Below the pieces are notes generated by a model. That model searched no databases. It saw only the letters and a list, made by a program, of their open reading frames with translations, and had not been told where the DNA came from. A program made the translations under genes and the position numbers. Positions 18,872 through 28,632 of a stretch of DNA of 64,000 nt are shown one piece after another; position 1 is the stretch's first letter; every line of letters starts with the position of its first letter. This stretch comes from Desulfovibrio sp. (GTDB lineage: Bacteria > Desulfobacterota > Desulfovibrionia > Desulfovibrionales > Desulfovibrionaceae). Location: the NCBI GenBank assembly GCA_016208105.1, contig JACQYS010000019.1, positions 76,494 to 140,493 of the forward strand. The letters run 5' to 3'.

Positions 18872-19780
18872 CTACTTCTCCTTTTTGACCACGGCATGGC
18901 CGCCGAATTCATTGCGCAGCCCGGCCAGGACGCGATCCCCGAAGTCGTTATCCTTGCGGGAACGGAAACGTTCCATGAGCGAAAGCGTAAGCACGGGCGC
19001 CGGCACGGCATTGTCCACCGCCTCCTGCACGCTCCAGCGGCCCTCGCCGGAATCCTCCACGAAAGCGGCCAGATCGTTAAGCCTTGGGTCCTTGGCGAAC
19101 ATATCCTCGCAGAGTTCGAGCAGCCAGGAGCGCACCACGCTGCCCTGGTTCCACAGGTGCGAAAGCTTCGCGAAATCGAGCCCCTGGGAATAACGCGAGG
19201 CGTCCAGGAGGGCGAACCCCTCGGCGTAGGCCTGCATCATGCCGTACTCGATGGCATTGTGAATCATCTTCACGTAATGGCCCGAGCCCGTTTCGCCGCA
19301 GTGCATGTAGCCATCGGGCGGGGCCAGGGTCTTAAGGATCGGTTCGATATGCTCAAAGGCCTGGCGCGGACCGCCCACCATGGTGCAGTAGCCTACCTTG
19401 AGCCCCCAGATGCCTCCGGACACGCCCGCATCCACGTAGGTGACGCCAAGCTTGGCGAGCTCCGGAGCACGGCGGATGTCATCCGAGAAGCGGGAGTTGC
19501 CACCCTCCACCAGGATATCTCCCGGGGCAAGCAGGGGCTTTAGCTCCTCGATATGCTCCTCGGTCACGTTCCCGGCGGGAAGCATGAGCCAGACTACCCG
19601 GGGTTTTTCGAGCTTGGAGACGAGTTCCTCCATGGAGTAGGAGGCGATGGCCCCCTCGGCTGCGATCTCGTCGACTTTCGCGGGAGTGCGGTTGTAGGCC
19701 ACCACTTCGTGTCCGCCCTTCAAGAGGCGGCGGACCATGTTCATACCCATCCGGCCAAGGCCTGCCAGACCGATTCGCAT
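18872..19780 (-). CDS. gnd: 6-phosphogluconate dehydrogenase, decarboxylating (short GntZ/YqeC-like form)
   Basis: Start MRIGLAGLGRMGMNMVRRL (cat 19778-19780, RBS aggaga). 302 aa. The track ORF is extended 49 codons upstream with no RBS. Confidence 0.92.
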   Translation of the reverse strand: MRIGLAGLGRMGMNMVRRLLKGGHEVVAYNRTPAKVDEIAAEGAIASYSMEELVSKLEKPRVVWLMLPAGNVTEEHIEELKPLLAPGDILVEGGNSRFSDDIRRAPELAKLGVTYVDAGVSGGIWGLKVGYCTMVGGPRQAFEHIEPILKTLAPPDGYMHCGETGSGHYVKMIHNAIEYGMMQAYAEGFALLDASRYSQGLDFAKLSHLWNQGSVVRSWLLELCEDMFAKDPRLNDLAAFVEDSGEGRWSVQEAVDNAVPAPVLTLSLMERFRSRKDNDFGDRVLAGLRNEFGGHAVVKKEK

Positions 19781-19936
19781 AGGGATCTCCTTTAGGGGAT
19801 TCTGGGTAGTGCTTACGGGATTTCGGGCGGCGTTGCCAGAGGGAAAAGAATAAAGAAGAACTCGCAGGCAAGACGGGAGGTCAGAGGAGAGATGAGTACC
19901 GGCAACCGCCCGGGGACCGGCTATCAATCACCAGGC

Positions 19937-20959
19937 TTAGCGCCCCTTCCGCATCTGATACTTCACCACGGCACCGTTATGCTCCTCCAGGGACTTGGAG
20001 AAGTAGTGCGTTCCGTCGTTTTTCGAAACGAAATACAAATAGTCGTGGGATTCGGGATTTGCCGCGGCCTTGAGCGCTTCCAGGCCGGGGTTGCAGATGG
20101 GGCCGGGCGGAAGGCCCGGATGCTGGTAGGTGTTGTAGGGGTTTTTCGGGTCGTCCAGATGCGCCCGTTTCAAATTGCCGTCGAACTTCTCCCCCAGGCC
20201 GTAAATAATGGTGGGGTCGGTCTGCAAGAGCATCTTCTTGCCGAGCCGGTTGGCGAACACCCCTGCGATCTTGCCCCGTTCACCGGACTGGCCCGTTTCC
20301 TTCTCCACTATGGATGCCAGAACCACCGCGTTAAAGAGTTCCTTGCCGGTGGGCGCGCCCTGGGGCCAGGCTTTGGCCACCGCCTTCTGAAACTGCCCGA
20401 ACATGGCCTCCACCACCTGCTTGGCATCAACGCCGGGCTTCTTGGTGAACAAGTAGGTTTCGGGAAACAGAAATCCCTCGGGATTCTCCGAAGGGATGCC
20501 GAACTTGGCCTGCAGTTCCTTGTCCCGGGCGGCCCTATCGAAACTTTCAACGCTCCCAAGCCCGGCCTGATCAACCAATCTGGCGATCTGGCGCATGGTC
20601 AGCCCTTCGGGCACTGATACCTTGTAGAGAATGGCCTGGCCGCTCACCAGGAGATCGAGAACTTTCTGTGGAGTGTAGCCTGTGCTCAGCAGGTACTCTC
20701 CGGCCTTGAGCCGGACGTCCTGCTTGGAATAGCGGGCCAGCAGCTTGAAGGCCAGAGGATCGGTGATGACGCCTTCCTTATGGAGAAGGCCGGTGATGGC
20801 ATCGAAGCTCATGCCCTGATCCACGCGAACGGTGGTCTCCCGGCCGGGAGTCTCCGGGGGAACGGTCAGAAAGCGGTAGGCGTGCCATGCCACAAAGGCT
20901 GCCCCGGCCAGCACGACGAGCACCAGGAGCGAAACAAGGCGCTTAAACATCACTCTCAT
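19937..20959 (-). CDS. mltG: endolytic murein transglycosylase MltG (YceG family)
   Basis: N-terminal TM anchor and a YceG domain (LKAGEYLL..., ASIVEKET, TYQHPGLPPGPICNPG). Confidence 0.92.
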   Translation of the reverse strand: MRVMFKRLVSLLVLVVLAGAAFVAWHAYRFLTVPPETPGRETTVRVDQGMSFDAITGLLHKEGVITDPLAFKLLARYSKQDVRLKAGEYLLSTGYTPQKVLDLLVSGQAILYKVSVPEGLTMRQIARLVDQAGLGSVESFDRAARDKELQAKFGIPSENPEGFLFPETYLFTKKPGVDAKQVVEAMFGQFQKAVAKAWPQGAPTGKELFNAVVLASIVEKETGQSGERGKIAGVFANRLGKKMLLQTDPTIIYGLGEKFDGNLKRAHLDDPKNPYNTYQHPGLPPGPICNPGLEALKAAANPESHDYLYFVSKNDGTHYFSKSLEEHNGAVVKYQMRKGR

Positions 20960-21467
20960 CCTCGAACGAATTACTACCCGCTGGCTTCGTATCGGCCGGA
21001 GTGCAAGGCTCCTGGCTCAGCCACGGTTTGCCAACCACTTCGCGAGCGGCGCCGGGTGCGGCCAGATAGCTTTTCAAAATGAGCACCGCGGCCTGCTGGT
21101 CCAGCGCGGCTTTTCTCCGCGAGGCCTTTACCCCACAGGCGCGCAGGGCGTCCAAAGCCTCTTCGCTGGACAGGGTCTCGTCCATGAGCTTGACCGGAAC
21201 ATCCACCCGCCTGGCCAGGCTCGCGGCGAAGTTGGCGGCCTGACGGGCCGTCAGGCTGTCCCTGCCCTCGGCAGGCGCGGGCCAGCCCACAACCACGATC
21301 TCGACACCTTCGTTCTTCACCACTTCCAGTAGTTCGGCGAACAGGGCGTCCCGTCCGCCTTTTTCCGTGCGTTCCACGGTCTTAAGCGGAAAGGCCATGC
21401 TCCCACCCGGGTCGGAGAGAGCGAGCCCCACGCGTTTCAAGCCAAAGTCGATGCCGAGAACCCGCAT
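20943..21467 (-). CDS. ruvX: Holliday junction resolvase-like RuvX (YqgF)
   Basis: MRVLGIDFGLKRVGLALSD is the YqgF N-terminus. There is a ~35-aa C-terminal extension. It overlaps the mltG start by 17 nt. Confidence 0.9.
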   Translation of the reverse strand: MRVLGIDFGLKRVGLALSDPGGSMAFPLKTVERTEKGGRDALFAELLEVVKNEGVEIVVVGWPAPAEGRDSLTARQAANFAASLARRVDVPVKLMDETLSSEEALDALRACGVKASRRKAALDQQAAVLILKSYLAAPGAAREVVGKPWLSQEPCTPADTKPAGSNSFEDESDV

Positions 21468-24400
21468 CAGCCCGCGGTCACCTTCTCAGCGAAAACCACC
21501 ACCCGTTTGCGTCCCTCCTGGCGGGCATGAGCCAGAGCCTTGCGGAAGGTACGCTTCCACTTGGGCCCTTCCCATACGGCAGCCAGATACTCCAGGGTGT
21601 GGTACACGCTCTGCTTGCGCCCCATGCGCAACAGGCAGCGCTTGATGCCTATCTTGCACGAGGGGCATCCCACCAGAATGGGCTGGGTCTCGCTTGCTGC
21701 GTCGCCAAGGTCCTTGTGCAGCTGTTCCTGCTTGCGCAGGCGGATGCTATTGAAAAGGTCCGGGCTGGTGATGGCTCCCATGCCGGACTCGCCGCAGCAG
21801 CCGGGGGAGATGTCCACCTTGGAGTGGGTGAGGTCCGCCATGGCCTGACGATACATTTCCGAGGCCTTGGCCAGGGGCACCCCCTCCCACTCGGCGTGGC
21901 AGGCAGCGTGGTACACCAGTCTCTCGGCCGGAACCATACCGTCCGCAGCCCGTTCGGGCAGACGCGAGAGCAGGTACTGGGTCACGTCGAAATGGGGAAT
22001 CTTGCCCCCCGCGATGACCTCGGTTTCGTAGCCTGAGAGCGACTCGCGACAGGTGCCGCAAGCGGTGAGCACGGCCTGGGGTTTCACTCCCTCGTTGGCG
22101 GCCTTGACGAATATCTCGCCCAGGGCCTCGATGTTGCGTGCCCGGTTCTTGCGGTATGCGTCCTGATAGCCCGCGGACAGAAGCGGATACCCGCAACACA
22201 TGTGCCTCTCCGGGATCACCACGGCCACGCCCGCGCGCAAGAGCAGGTGGATGGCGCTCAGGCCTATGGTGCGCCAGAACAGGGCCGCGCCGCAGCCCGG
22301 GAAGTAGAACACGGCCTCGCCAGTTGGCCGCTCGGGCATGAAAATGCCGCCCTTGTCCAGCTGGAGGGCGTCTGCAAGGTTCTTGAACCCGGTGATGGGA
22401 CCAGACCCCTGCAGCATGGGATTGGAGAAGCGCGAACGCCAAGGCCCCGGGATGAGCCCCACCAGATGGTTGCCCACCGCCTGGCCCCAGGCGGCCATCT
22501 TGGCCATGCTCGGGGCCCGCTCCTCGGGCTTTTCCGCGATGTGGTGCAATATCTTGGACTTGAGGCCGTGCCCGCCCGCACCCTTTTCTTCTATGAAGGC
22601 CCGCATATCCAGGATGGCGCCGGCAGTCTGGATCTTCACCGGGCAGGCTGCCGTGCACTTGCCGCACGTGGTGCAGCGCTCGGTCATCTTGCGCAGGCTG
22701 TCCAGGAGCTCCGGGGACGGCCTGCCGTGGTGAACCTGGGAATAGTAGATGGCCTCGATGATGGCACCCAGGCTGATGTTCTTGTTGCGCGGATGGTAAA
22801 TAAGCCCGCGCTCGGGATAATACATGGGGCAGACCTGCTTGCACTTGCCGCAGCGGGTGCAGACCTGGATGTTGGTCAGCAGGTTGATGAGCTTGTCCTT
22901 GTCCGGCAGAGCGGTTTTTCTGATGTCGCGGATGAGACGGTTAAACGAGAACGTGTAGGGCTCGCAGTCCAGGTCGCGGCTGACCAGCTTGCCCGGGTTC
23001 AGAATGTTCTTGGGATCCACCGTCTGCTTGTAGGCTCTTAGGGCGGTGATCTTGTCCTCGGGCAGGAACGCGATTTTGGTTATGCCTATTCCGTGCTCGC
23101 CCGACACCGCGCCCCCAAGTTCCATCACCTTCTCGAACACCCTGTCCGCGGCCTCGTGGGCCTGGGCCAGCATTTCGGGATCATTGGAGTTCACGGGCAG
23201 GTTCACGTGGCAGTTGCCGTCGCCCGCGTGCATGTGGTTGGCCACGATGATGCGTCTGGCCAGCATATCCTGATGGATGGCCTCGATGTCGTTGTAGAGC
23301 TTCGGGTAACGGGTTCTTAAATCCGTAAAGAAGTAATAGGCCTGAACCTCGAGCTCCTGGTCGTTTAATTCCGCAGTGGTACGGATGCCGCGCAGGATTT
23401 CGGCCGCGAACTGCATTTCCATGGACACGAATGAGTCGGAATCCGGAAAGCCGGGCAGCCGGGTTACTTCCTGCAGGGCCTTGCGGTAAGCCTTGGCCAG
23501 GTAGTTTAGGTTAAGTTCCTCAAGAAAGTCGGAGAACTGGGGGATGACCCCCAGGGGGATGACCACGTCCTCGTTTATCTTAAAACCCGAGGTGCGCTTG
23601 GCAATGGCCGAGAGCTTGTGGCGATCCTCCCAGAAGACTTCCGCCTCCTTCTCGTCCCGGGCAACGAAGGCGTCCACTCCCTCGTGTTTTTCGGCAATGG
23701 CCACGATATCGGCCACGGCCTTTTCCAGCGCCGGGAGGTCGTTGCCGTCGAGCTGGATGGTCAGCACGCTTATCGGGTCGCCCTCGTATTTGGCGGACTT
23801 CTTCTGGTACTCGATGGCCTTCACGTACTTGGAGTTGAATTCCTCCAGGGCGGAGATCTTCACCAGATCGCCCTCGAGGCGGATCTTGTCGCGCATGGCC
23901 ACCACGCCCTGGATGGTGAGCATGGCGTTGTGCATGGACCGGCCGAAGAACTCCAGGACCAGCACCTTGGAGTGGGCGAGCTTCTCGTAGCAGATGAAGC
24001 AGGCCTCGGTGATCACGCCGTCCACGCCTTCCTTCTGCATGCCCGGCAAGCCGCCCAGATACTTGTTGGACACGTCCTTGCCCAGACCCGCGCCTCGGAT
24101 CTCGCTGCCGGGAAGCTCGACGCGGTCTCTCACCACGCCGTCCTCGCCCACGACCTCGAAAACCGCGGTCTCGTTTTCCAGGATCTTGTGCCTGGGATGG
24201 TCCACGCGCCTGATTTCTACAACCTGTGCATCCGGAGTGACCATCTTGTAAGAAAGCAGGTTGTCGAGCGTGGTGCCGTATTCGAAGGCGTAAGGCCCTC
24301 CGGCGTTTTCAGAGATGTTGCCCCCTATGGAGCTCGAGGCCTTGGAGGCCGGGTCCACGGTGAGCACCAGACCCTTTTCGGCAGCTGCCTTGATGGCCTG

Positions 24401-25042
24401 CAAGGTGATGACCCCGGACTGCACGCAGATGGTGCGGTCCTCCGGGTTCACAGAGAGAACCTGCTTGAGCCTGGTGACGGAGAGCACCACTGTGCGGCGC
24501 CTGGCGGGCACGGCGCCGCCGGTGCAGCCCGAGCCCCCGCCTCGCGGGATGACGGAAAAGCCCATCTCGTCCGCCAGCTTCATAATGCGCTGGACGTGCT
24601 CGGTCCTGTCCGGGGCCAGGACCATGAGCGGAAGTTCCATGCGCAGGTCCGTGGCGTCCGTGGAGCACTCCACCAGATTGTGGGGCCCATCCATGATGGC
24701 CTTGTCGTCCAAAAACTGGGTGAGCCTGTTTTTTAAGTCCTCCCGAAAGGCCGTGTCCTTGTCGAACCCGGTCCAGAAGTCCTTCACGGCCGTGGAAATC
24801 GCCCGGAAATACTCCGGGGTGAGCATGGTGGTGGACTGGGTCAGACGCTGCTCGACGGACTCACGCACGTCCGAGGCATCGATGAAGGGGTTGTAGCGAA
24901 CCAAAAACAGCTCGCTGGCCAGGGATACGGCCAGCTCCTGTATGTCCTCGGGCCACGTTTCCAGCTCGCGCTCTTTAAAGCCCAACACTCGGGGAACCAA
25001 ACGCTTAAGCGGGATCGATATATGCGGATTCTTTTCTGGCAT
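21467..25042 (-). CDS. large FAD-binding oxidase fused to 4Fe-4S ferredoxin and CCG (heterodisulfide-reductase-like) domains (GlcD/GlcF- or D-lactate dehydrogenase-like fusion)
   Basis: FAD_binding_4 region (VIPRGGGSGCTGGAVP), FAD-oxidase C-terminal part (GEHGIGITK), two CxxCxxCxxxCP motifs (CTRCGKCKQVCP, CTTCGKCTAACP), then Cys-rich CCG-type repeats. The start is set at MPEKNPH (25042). The RBS is poor, so the alternative start at 25189 remains possible. Confidence 0.88.
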   Translation of the reverse strand: MPEKNPHISIPLKRLVPRVLGFKERELETWPEDIQELAVSLASELFLVRYNPFIDASDVRESVEQRLTQSTTMLTPEYFRAISTAVKDFWTGFDKDTAFREDLKNRLTQFLDDKAIMDGPHNLVECSTDATDLRMELPLMVLAPDRTEHVQRIMKLADEMGFSVIPRGGGSGCTGGAVPARRRTVVLSVTRLKQVLSVNPEDRTICVQSGVITLQAIKAAAEKGLVLTVDPASKASSSIGGNISENAGGPYAFEYGTTLDNLLSYKMVTPDAQVVEIRRVDHPRHKILENETAVFEVVGEDGVVRDRVELPGSEIRGAGLGKDVSNKYLGGLPGMQKEGVDGVITEACFICYEKLAHSKVLVLEFFGRSMHNAMLTIQGVVAMRDKIRLEGDLVKISALEEFNSKYVKAIEYQKKSAKYEGDPISVLTIQLDGNDLPALEKAVADIVAIAEKHEGVDAFVARDEKEAEVFWEDRHKLSAIAKRTSGFKINEDVVIPLGVIPQFSDFLEELNLNYLAKAYRKALQEVTRLPGFPDSDSFVSMEMQFAAEILRGIRTTAELNDQELEVQAYYFFTDLRTRYPKLYNDIEAIHQDMLARRIIVANHMHAGDGNCHVNLPVNSNDPEMLAQAHEAADRVFEKVMELGGAVSGEHGIGITKIAFLPEDKITALRAYKQTVDPKNILNPGKLVSRDLDCEPYTFSFNRLIRDIRKTALPDKDKLINLLTNIQVCTRCGKCKQVCPMYYPERGLIYHPRNKNISLGAIIEAIYYSQVHHGRPSPELLDSLRKMTERCTTCGKCTAACPVKIQTAGAILDMRAFIEEKGAGGHGLKSKILHHIAEKPEERAPSMAKMAAWGQAVGNHLVGLIPGPWRSRFSNPMLQGSGPITGFKNLADALQLDKGGIFMPERPTGEAVFYFPGCGAALFWRTIGLSAIHLLLRAGVAVVIPERHMCCGYPLLSAGYQDAYRKNRARNIEALGEIFVKAANEGVKPQAVLTACGTCRESLSGYETEVIAGGKIPHFDVTQYLLSRLPERAADGMVPAERLVYHAACHAEWEGVPLAKASEMYRQAMADLTHSKVDISPGCCGESGMGAITSPDLFNSIRLRKQEQLHKDLGDAASETQPILVGCPSCKIGIKRCLLRMGRKQSVYHTLEYLAAVWEGPKWKRTFRKALAHARQEGRKRVVVFAEKVTAG

Positions 25043-25363
25043 GGGGGGAATACCTGTAGTCAGTGATGAGAAGGCATTTACACTTAGTACCGGCCGGGAC
25101 GCTTGGCAAGGCGTTTCCTTGAGGCAAACCTCAAAACCCTCACCCCACCCTCCGGAAGGGCAAACCGGGAGAATCCCCCAAGAATCCATTCCTTTGACCT
25201 ATGGACATCCTCACCCTTCTTCTGTGTTATCTTCCTGGGTGTCCTTGGATGCTTCGCGGGACACCCAGATGGACCATTCCCCCAGAACCACGCGTTTTCG
25301 TCTGAGGCGCAGCCGACGGCAACTTCTCGAAAACGCGGTCAGCGCACTCTACCCGGAGGGGTC

Positions 25364-25543
25364 ATGTCGCACGACGCCGAGTACGAACAGATGCAGATGA
25401 TCGAGGAAAAGCGCGGCAGTTGGGAGGCTGGACGGATAAACGAGAAAGTGGCGAGGCTTGCCACCCGTATGGACGACATCCAGCAGGCGATCGATGGCAT
25501 CCGCACAGATATCCAAGAGATCAAGGAGCGATTGCGCGTGTAG
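25364..25543 (+). CDS. small coiled-coil protein, paralog A (59 aa)
   Basis: ATG 25364 is preceded by ggagggg. MSHDAEYEQMQMIEEKRGSWEAGRINEKVARLATRMDDIQQAIDGIRTDIQEIKERLRV is 26/59 identical (ungapped, hand-aligned) to the ORF at 29527-29709. Confidence 0.65.
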   Translation: MSHDAEYEQMQMIEEKRGSWEAGRINEKVARLATRMDDIQQAIDGIRTDIQEIKERLRV

Positions 25544-25584
25544 CCGCGAACGCTTCCAATCACTACACCGGTCCAGGAGGAGAG

Positions 25585-27219
25585 ATGCTTAGTCTGTCAA
25601 AATCGAATGACGTGTTGGGAACGGTCAACAGGGGAAACATCGCTGAATCCGGGTTATGCACGCTCTGCCGGGCCGATTGCGCGGGCAAGTGCGAAACCTG
25701 GGTGTCCAGCCTCAACGGGAGGGCGACGCTCTACCCCCGGGATTTCGGCCTTGTGACGGCGGGCAGCGGCAACACCACGCACGTCGGTGTGAACTACAAT
25801 GCCCTGCGCATTCAGGGGTACAATTACGGCGCCAAAGGTGTCCCCACTGGCAAATCCAACAGCCCCGACGACTGTCTCTTCACCAACGTGAGCCTTGAAA
25901 CAACGTTCGGCAAGGGCATCAAATGCCGTTTGCCGCTCATGACCGGCGCCCTCGGATCCACCTTCATCGCCGCAAAATACTGGGACTCCTTTGCACTTGG
26001 CTGCGCCCTGTCGGGCATACCCATCGTGGTGGGAGAAAACGTGGTCGGCGTTGACCGCAAGTCCATCCTCAGCAAGGGCAAGATCAAAGAGGCCCCTGAA
26101 CTCGACCGCCGCATCAACGGGTATATGCGTTACTTCGACGGTTACGGTGCCATCATCGTCCAGTTGAACGTCGAGGACACCCGCAACGGCGTAGCCGAAT
26201 ACGTCATCGACAAGTACGGCGACAAGGTCGTCATCGAGCTCAAGTGGGGACAGGGAGCAAAGAACATCGGCGGCGAGATAGAGGTGACGAGTCTCGATTA
26301 CGCCCTGTTCCTGAAAAAACGCGGCTACCTGGTTGACCCCGACCCTGAGTTGAAAGAGGTCCAGGACGCTTTCAAAGCCGGGGCCATCCACGGATTCGCC
26401 CGTCACTCCAGGCTGGGATACACGGACCTGGATTCCGAGGATGCCGTTCGCGACAATTTCATGACCAGCGTGGCTTACCTGCGCAAGCTCGGCTACAAGA
26501 GCATCTCCCTTAAGACCGGTTCCTACGGCATGGAAGCGCTGGCCATGGCCATCCGCTACGCCTCGGACACCGAACTCGAACTGCTCACCATCGACGGTTC
26601 CGGAGGAGGCACCGGCATGAGCCCCTGGAACATGATGGAGACCTGGGGCGTCCCCTCCATCCTGCTTCATTCCAAGGCATATGAATACGCATCCCTTCTC
26701 GCTTCGCGCGGCAAGAAGGTGGTGGACCTCTCCTTCGCGGGCGGATTCGCTCGCGAAGACCACATCTTCAAGGCGCTGGCCTTGGGCGCGCCGTTCACCA
26801 AGCTCATCTGCATGGGCCGCGCCATCATGATTCCCGGTTTCCTGGGCTCGAACATAGAGGGAGCGCTGCATCCCGAACGCCGCGCAGCGGTGAGCGGCAA
26901 TTGGGAAACCCTGCCCAAAACGGTCAAGGACATCGGCGAAACCCCGGAAAAGCTGTTCGCCGGTTACGCTTCGGTGAAGAAACGGGTCGGCGCCAAGGAA
27001 ATGAAGAACATCCCATATGGTGCCATCGCCATATGCACGCTCACAGACAAACTCGGAGCCGGACTGCAGCAACTCCTGGCAGGAGCGAGACGATTCTCGG
27101 TCTCCCAGATCACCCGGGAGGACGTCGCTTCCGCCAACCGGGAAACCGAGAGGGAAACGGGCATCCCCTTCATTACCGGCATCCAGGATGAATCGGCTCG
27201 GAAGATTCTGCTCGCTTAG
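25585..27219 (+). CDS. FMN-binding glutamate synthase family protein (GltB domain-2-like) with N-terminal Cys cluster
   Basis: Start MLSLSKSND (ATG 25585, RBS aggaggag). It has CTLCRADCAGKC near the N-terminus, a TIM-barrel glutamate-synthase central-domain pattern (PLMTGALG...GENVVG...WGQGAKNIGGE...IDGSGGGTGMSP...) and 544 aa. Confidence 0.88.
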   Translation: MLSLSKSNDVLGTVNRGNIAESGLCTLCRADCAGKCETWVSSLNGRATLYPRDFGLVTAGSGNTTHVGVNYNALRIQGYNYGAKGVPTGKSNSPDDCLFTNVSLETTFGKGIKCRLPLMTGALGSTFIAAKYWDSFALGCALSGIPIVVGENVVGVDRKSILSKGKIKEAPELDRRINGYMRYFDGYGAIIVQLNVEDTRNGVAEYVIDKYGDKVVIELKWGQGAKNIGGEIEVTSLDYALFLKKRGYLVDPDPELKEVQDAFKAGAIHGFARHSRLGYTDLDSEDAVRDNFMTSVAYLRKLGYKSISLKTGSYGMEALAMAIRYASDTELELLTIDGSGGGTGMSPWNMMETWGVPSILLHSKAYEYASLLASRGKKVVDLSFAGGFAREDHIFKALALGAPFTKLICMGRAIMIPGFLGSNIEGALHPERRAAVSGNWETLPKTVKDIGETPEKLFAGYASVKKRVGAKEMKNIPYGAIAICTLTDKLGAGLQQLLAGARRFSVSQITREDVASANRETERETGIPFITGIQDESARKILLA

Positions 27220-27232
27220 CGACTTAAGAAAT

Positions 27233-27262
27233 GGCAGCGGCGGCCCATGCCGCCGCTGCCTT
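27233..27262 (+). terminator. GC-rich hairpin terminator candidate after the GltS-like gene
   Basis: Perfect 12-bp stem ggcagcggcggc / gccgccgctgcc with a 4-nt loop (ccat), 14 nt after the stop. The U-tract is weak (ttgtg). Confidence 0.5.
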
Positions 27263-27471
27263 GTGCATCCCCCCTGTGGCGAGGCGCTCCGTTCTCTGCT
27301 ATCTTTGTTCATGGGCCATAACGGCTTAAGAGAGTGCAGGCAAAGAGGCCCTCATCATATGACATCCGGCCAGAAATCCCTTTTGAGCATCCGCCTAGTC
27401 CTCGGTCAGTCCAGACCGCCGGTTTGGATTAGCGGTACTGTTTTGCCATCGCAGACGCAGTCAACTTCTAC

Positions 27472-28632
27472 ATGACACATGACAACACCCCGATGCGCAA
27501 TACGCGAACAGATGCCCCTTCCCCTATGCCGGGCGAAGATCCCCACGAACTTCTGACTCTGCACCGCAAAACCGTTCGCGCGCTTCGGGAAAGAGTCAAG
27601 GAGCTGAACTGCCTCTATTCAATCACACGCTTCTCCCAGCGCGAGGACCTCTCCACGACCGCCCTCATCAAGGGCATCGCTGAACTGGTGCGGGAATCCT
27701 GGCAATACCCCGAGGTAGCCTGCTCCCGTGTTCTTGTGGAGGGAGAGGAATACCGAACGGCAGGGTACGAGCCATCGCCCTGGGTACAGTCCTCCATCGT
27801 GTCAATGCGGGGTGAAGAGATAGGTTTGGTGGAAGTCCGTTATCTCGAGCCCTGCCCCCCAAGCGATGAAGGCCCTTTTCTGAACGAGGAAAGGCATCTT
27901 ATCGACGCCGTGGCCGACCTTTTGAGCCAGATCATGGAGGCTCGGAAAATCAAGGCCCAGGTGCAGCGGCTCTCCCGGGAACTCATCAAAGCCCAGGAGA
28001 GCGAACGCCAGCGCATTGCCCGTGAATTGCACGACAAGGCAGCCCAGGACCTCTCCCTTCTCAAAATCGAGCTGGAAGCGCTCAACTCCAGCCATGGCCC
28101 CCTGCCACCCGAAGCCAGAACCCATGTGAGCCGGCTCTTAAGTCAGACCAGCGGCATCATTAACGAAATCAGGGATATATCCTACGCATTGCTCCCGCCC
28201 GATTTGGAACAGCTTGGCCTGGCCTCCGCCGCCTTCAGACTCTGTGAGGAATTCACAAGCCGTCACGGCGTGGTGATCGAATTTTCAGCAGATGGCATGC
28301 ACTCTCTCTGCCTCGGCTTTGAAACCCAAATAAACCTCTACCGGATCATTCAGGAAGCCTTGACGAACATTCGCAAGCATTCAGGGGCAAAACGCGCCCG
28401 GGTTCTTCTGGTCGCCTCCCACCCCTTTATCATCCTGCGCATCGAAGACGACGGCGTGGGGTTCGATCCGGGGACGGAATTCTCCGGCCAGTCTGGAGGA
28501 AGACACATGGGGCTTTTAAGCATGCGGGAACGCGCCCGCCTGATCGGCGGCAGATTTGTAATACGGTCCGCTCACGGCAAGGGCACGCGCATCGTCTTGG
28601 AAGTCCCAGCCGGAGGGGTTGAATCCTCATGA
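27472..28632 (+). CDS. sensor histidine kinase, NarL/DegS-type (HisKA_3) with N-terminal GAF-like sensor, cytoplasmic
   Basis: H-box ERQRIARELHDKAAQDL and HATPase_c (EALTNIRKHSGA...DDGVGF...GLLSMRERARLIGG). I saw no TM segment. Confidence 0.9.
   Translation: MTHDNTPMRNTRTDAPSPMPGEDPHELLTLHRKTVRALRERVKELNCLYSITRFSQREDLSTTALIKGIAELVRESWQYPEVACSRVLVEGEEYRTAGYEPSPWVQSSIVSMRGEEIGLVEVRYLEPCPPSDEGPFLNEERHLIDAVADLLSQIMEARKIKAQVQRLSRELIKAQESERQRIARELHDKAAQDLSLLKIELEALNSSHGPLPPEARTHVSRLLSQTSGIINEIRDISYALLPPDLEQLGLASAAFRLCEEFTSRHGVVIEFSADGMHSLCLGFETQINLYRIIQEALTNIRKHSGAKRARVLLVASHPFIILRIEDDGVGFDPGTEFSGQSGGRHMGLLSMRERARLIGGRFVIRSAHGKGTRIVLEVPAGGVESS

Noticed and set aside
25654-27312. 552-aa minus-strand ORF antisense to the GltS-like gene. 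The same class includes 51489-53147(-) antisense to hynA, 17739-19193(+) antisense to zwf/gnd, 56226-57623(-) antisense to the 5'-nucleotidase, 41652-42791(-) antisense to the MCPs, 23618-24736(+) antisense to the FAD/Fe-S gene and 3673-4971(+) out of frame within comEC.
   Set aside because: All of these overlap genes with strong family signatures on the other strand or frame. Their translations are repetitive G/A/R/H/P-rich strings without motifs, RBSs or sensible starts.
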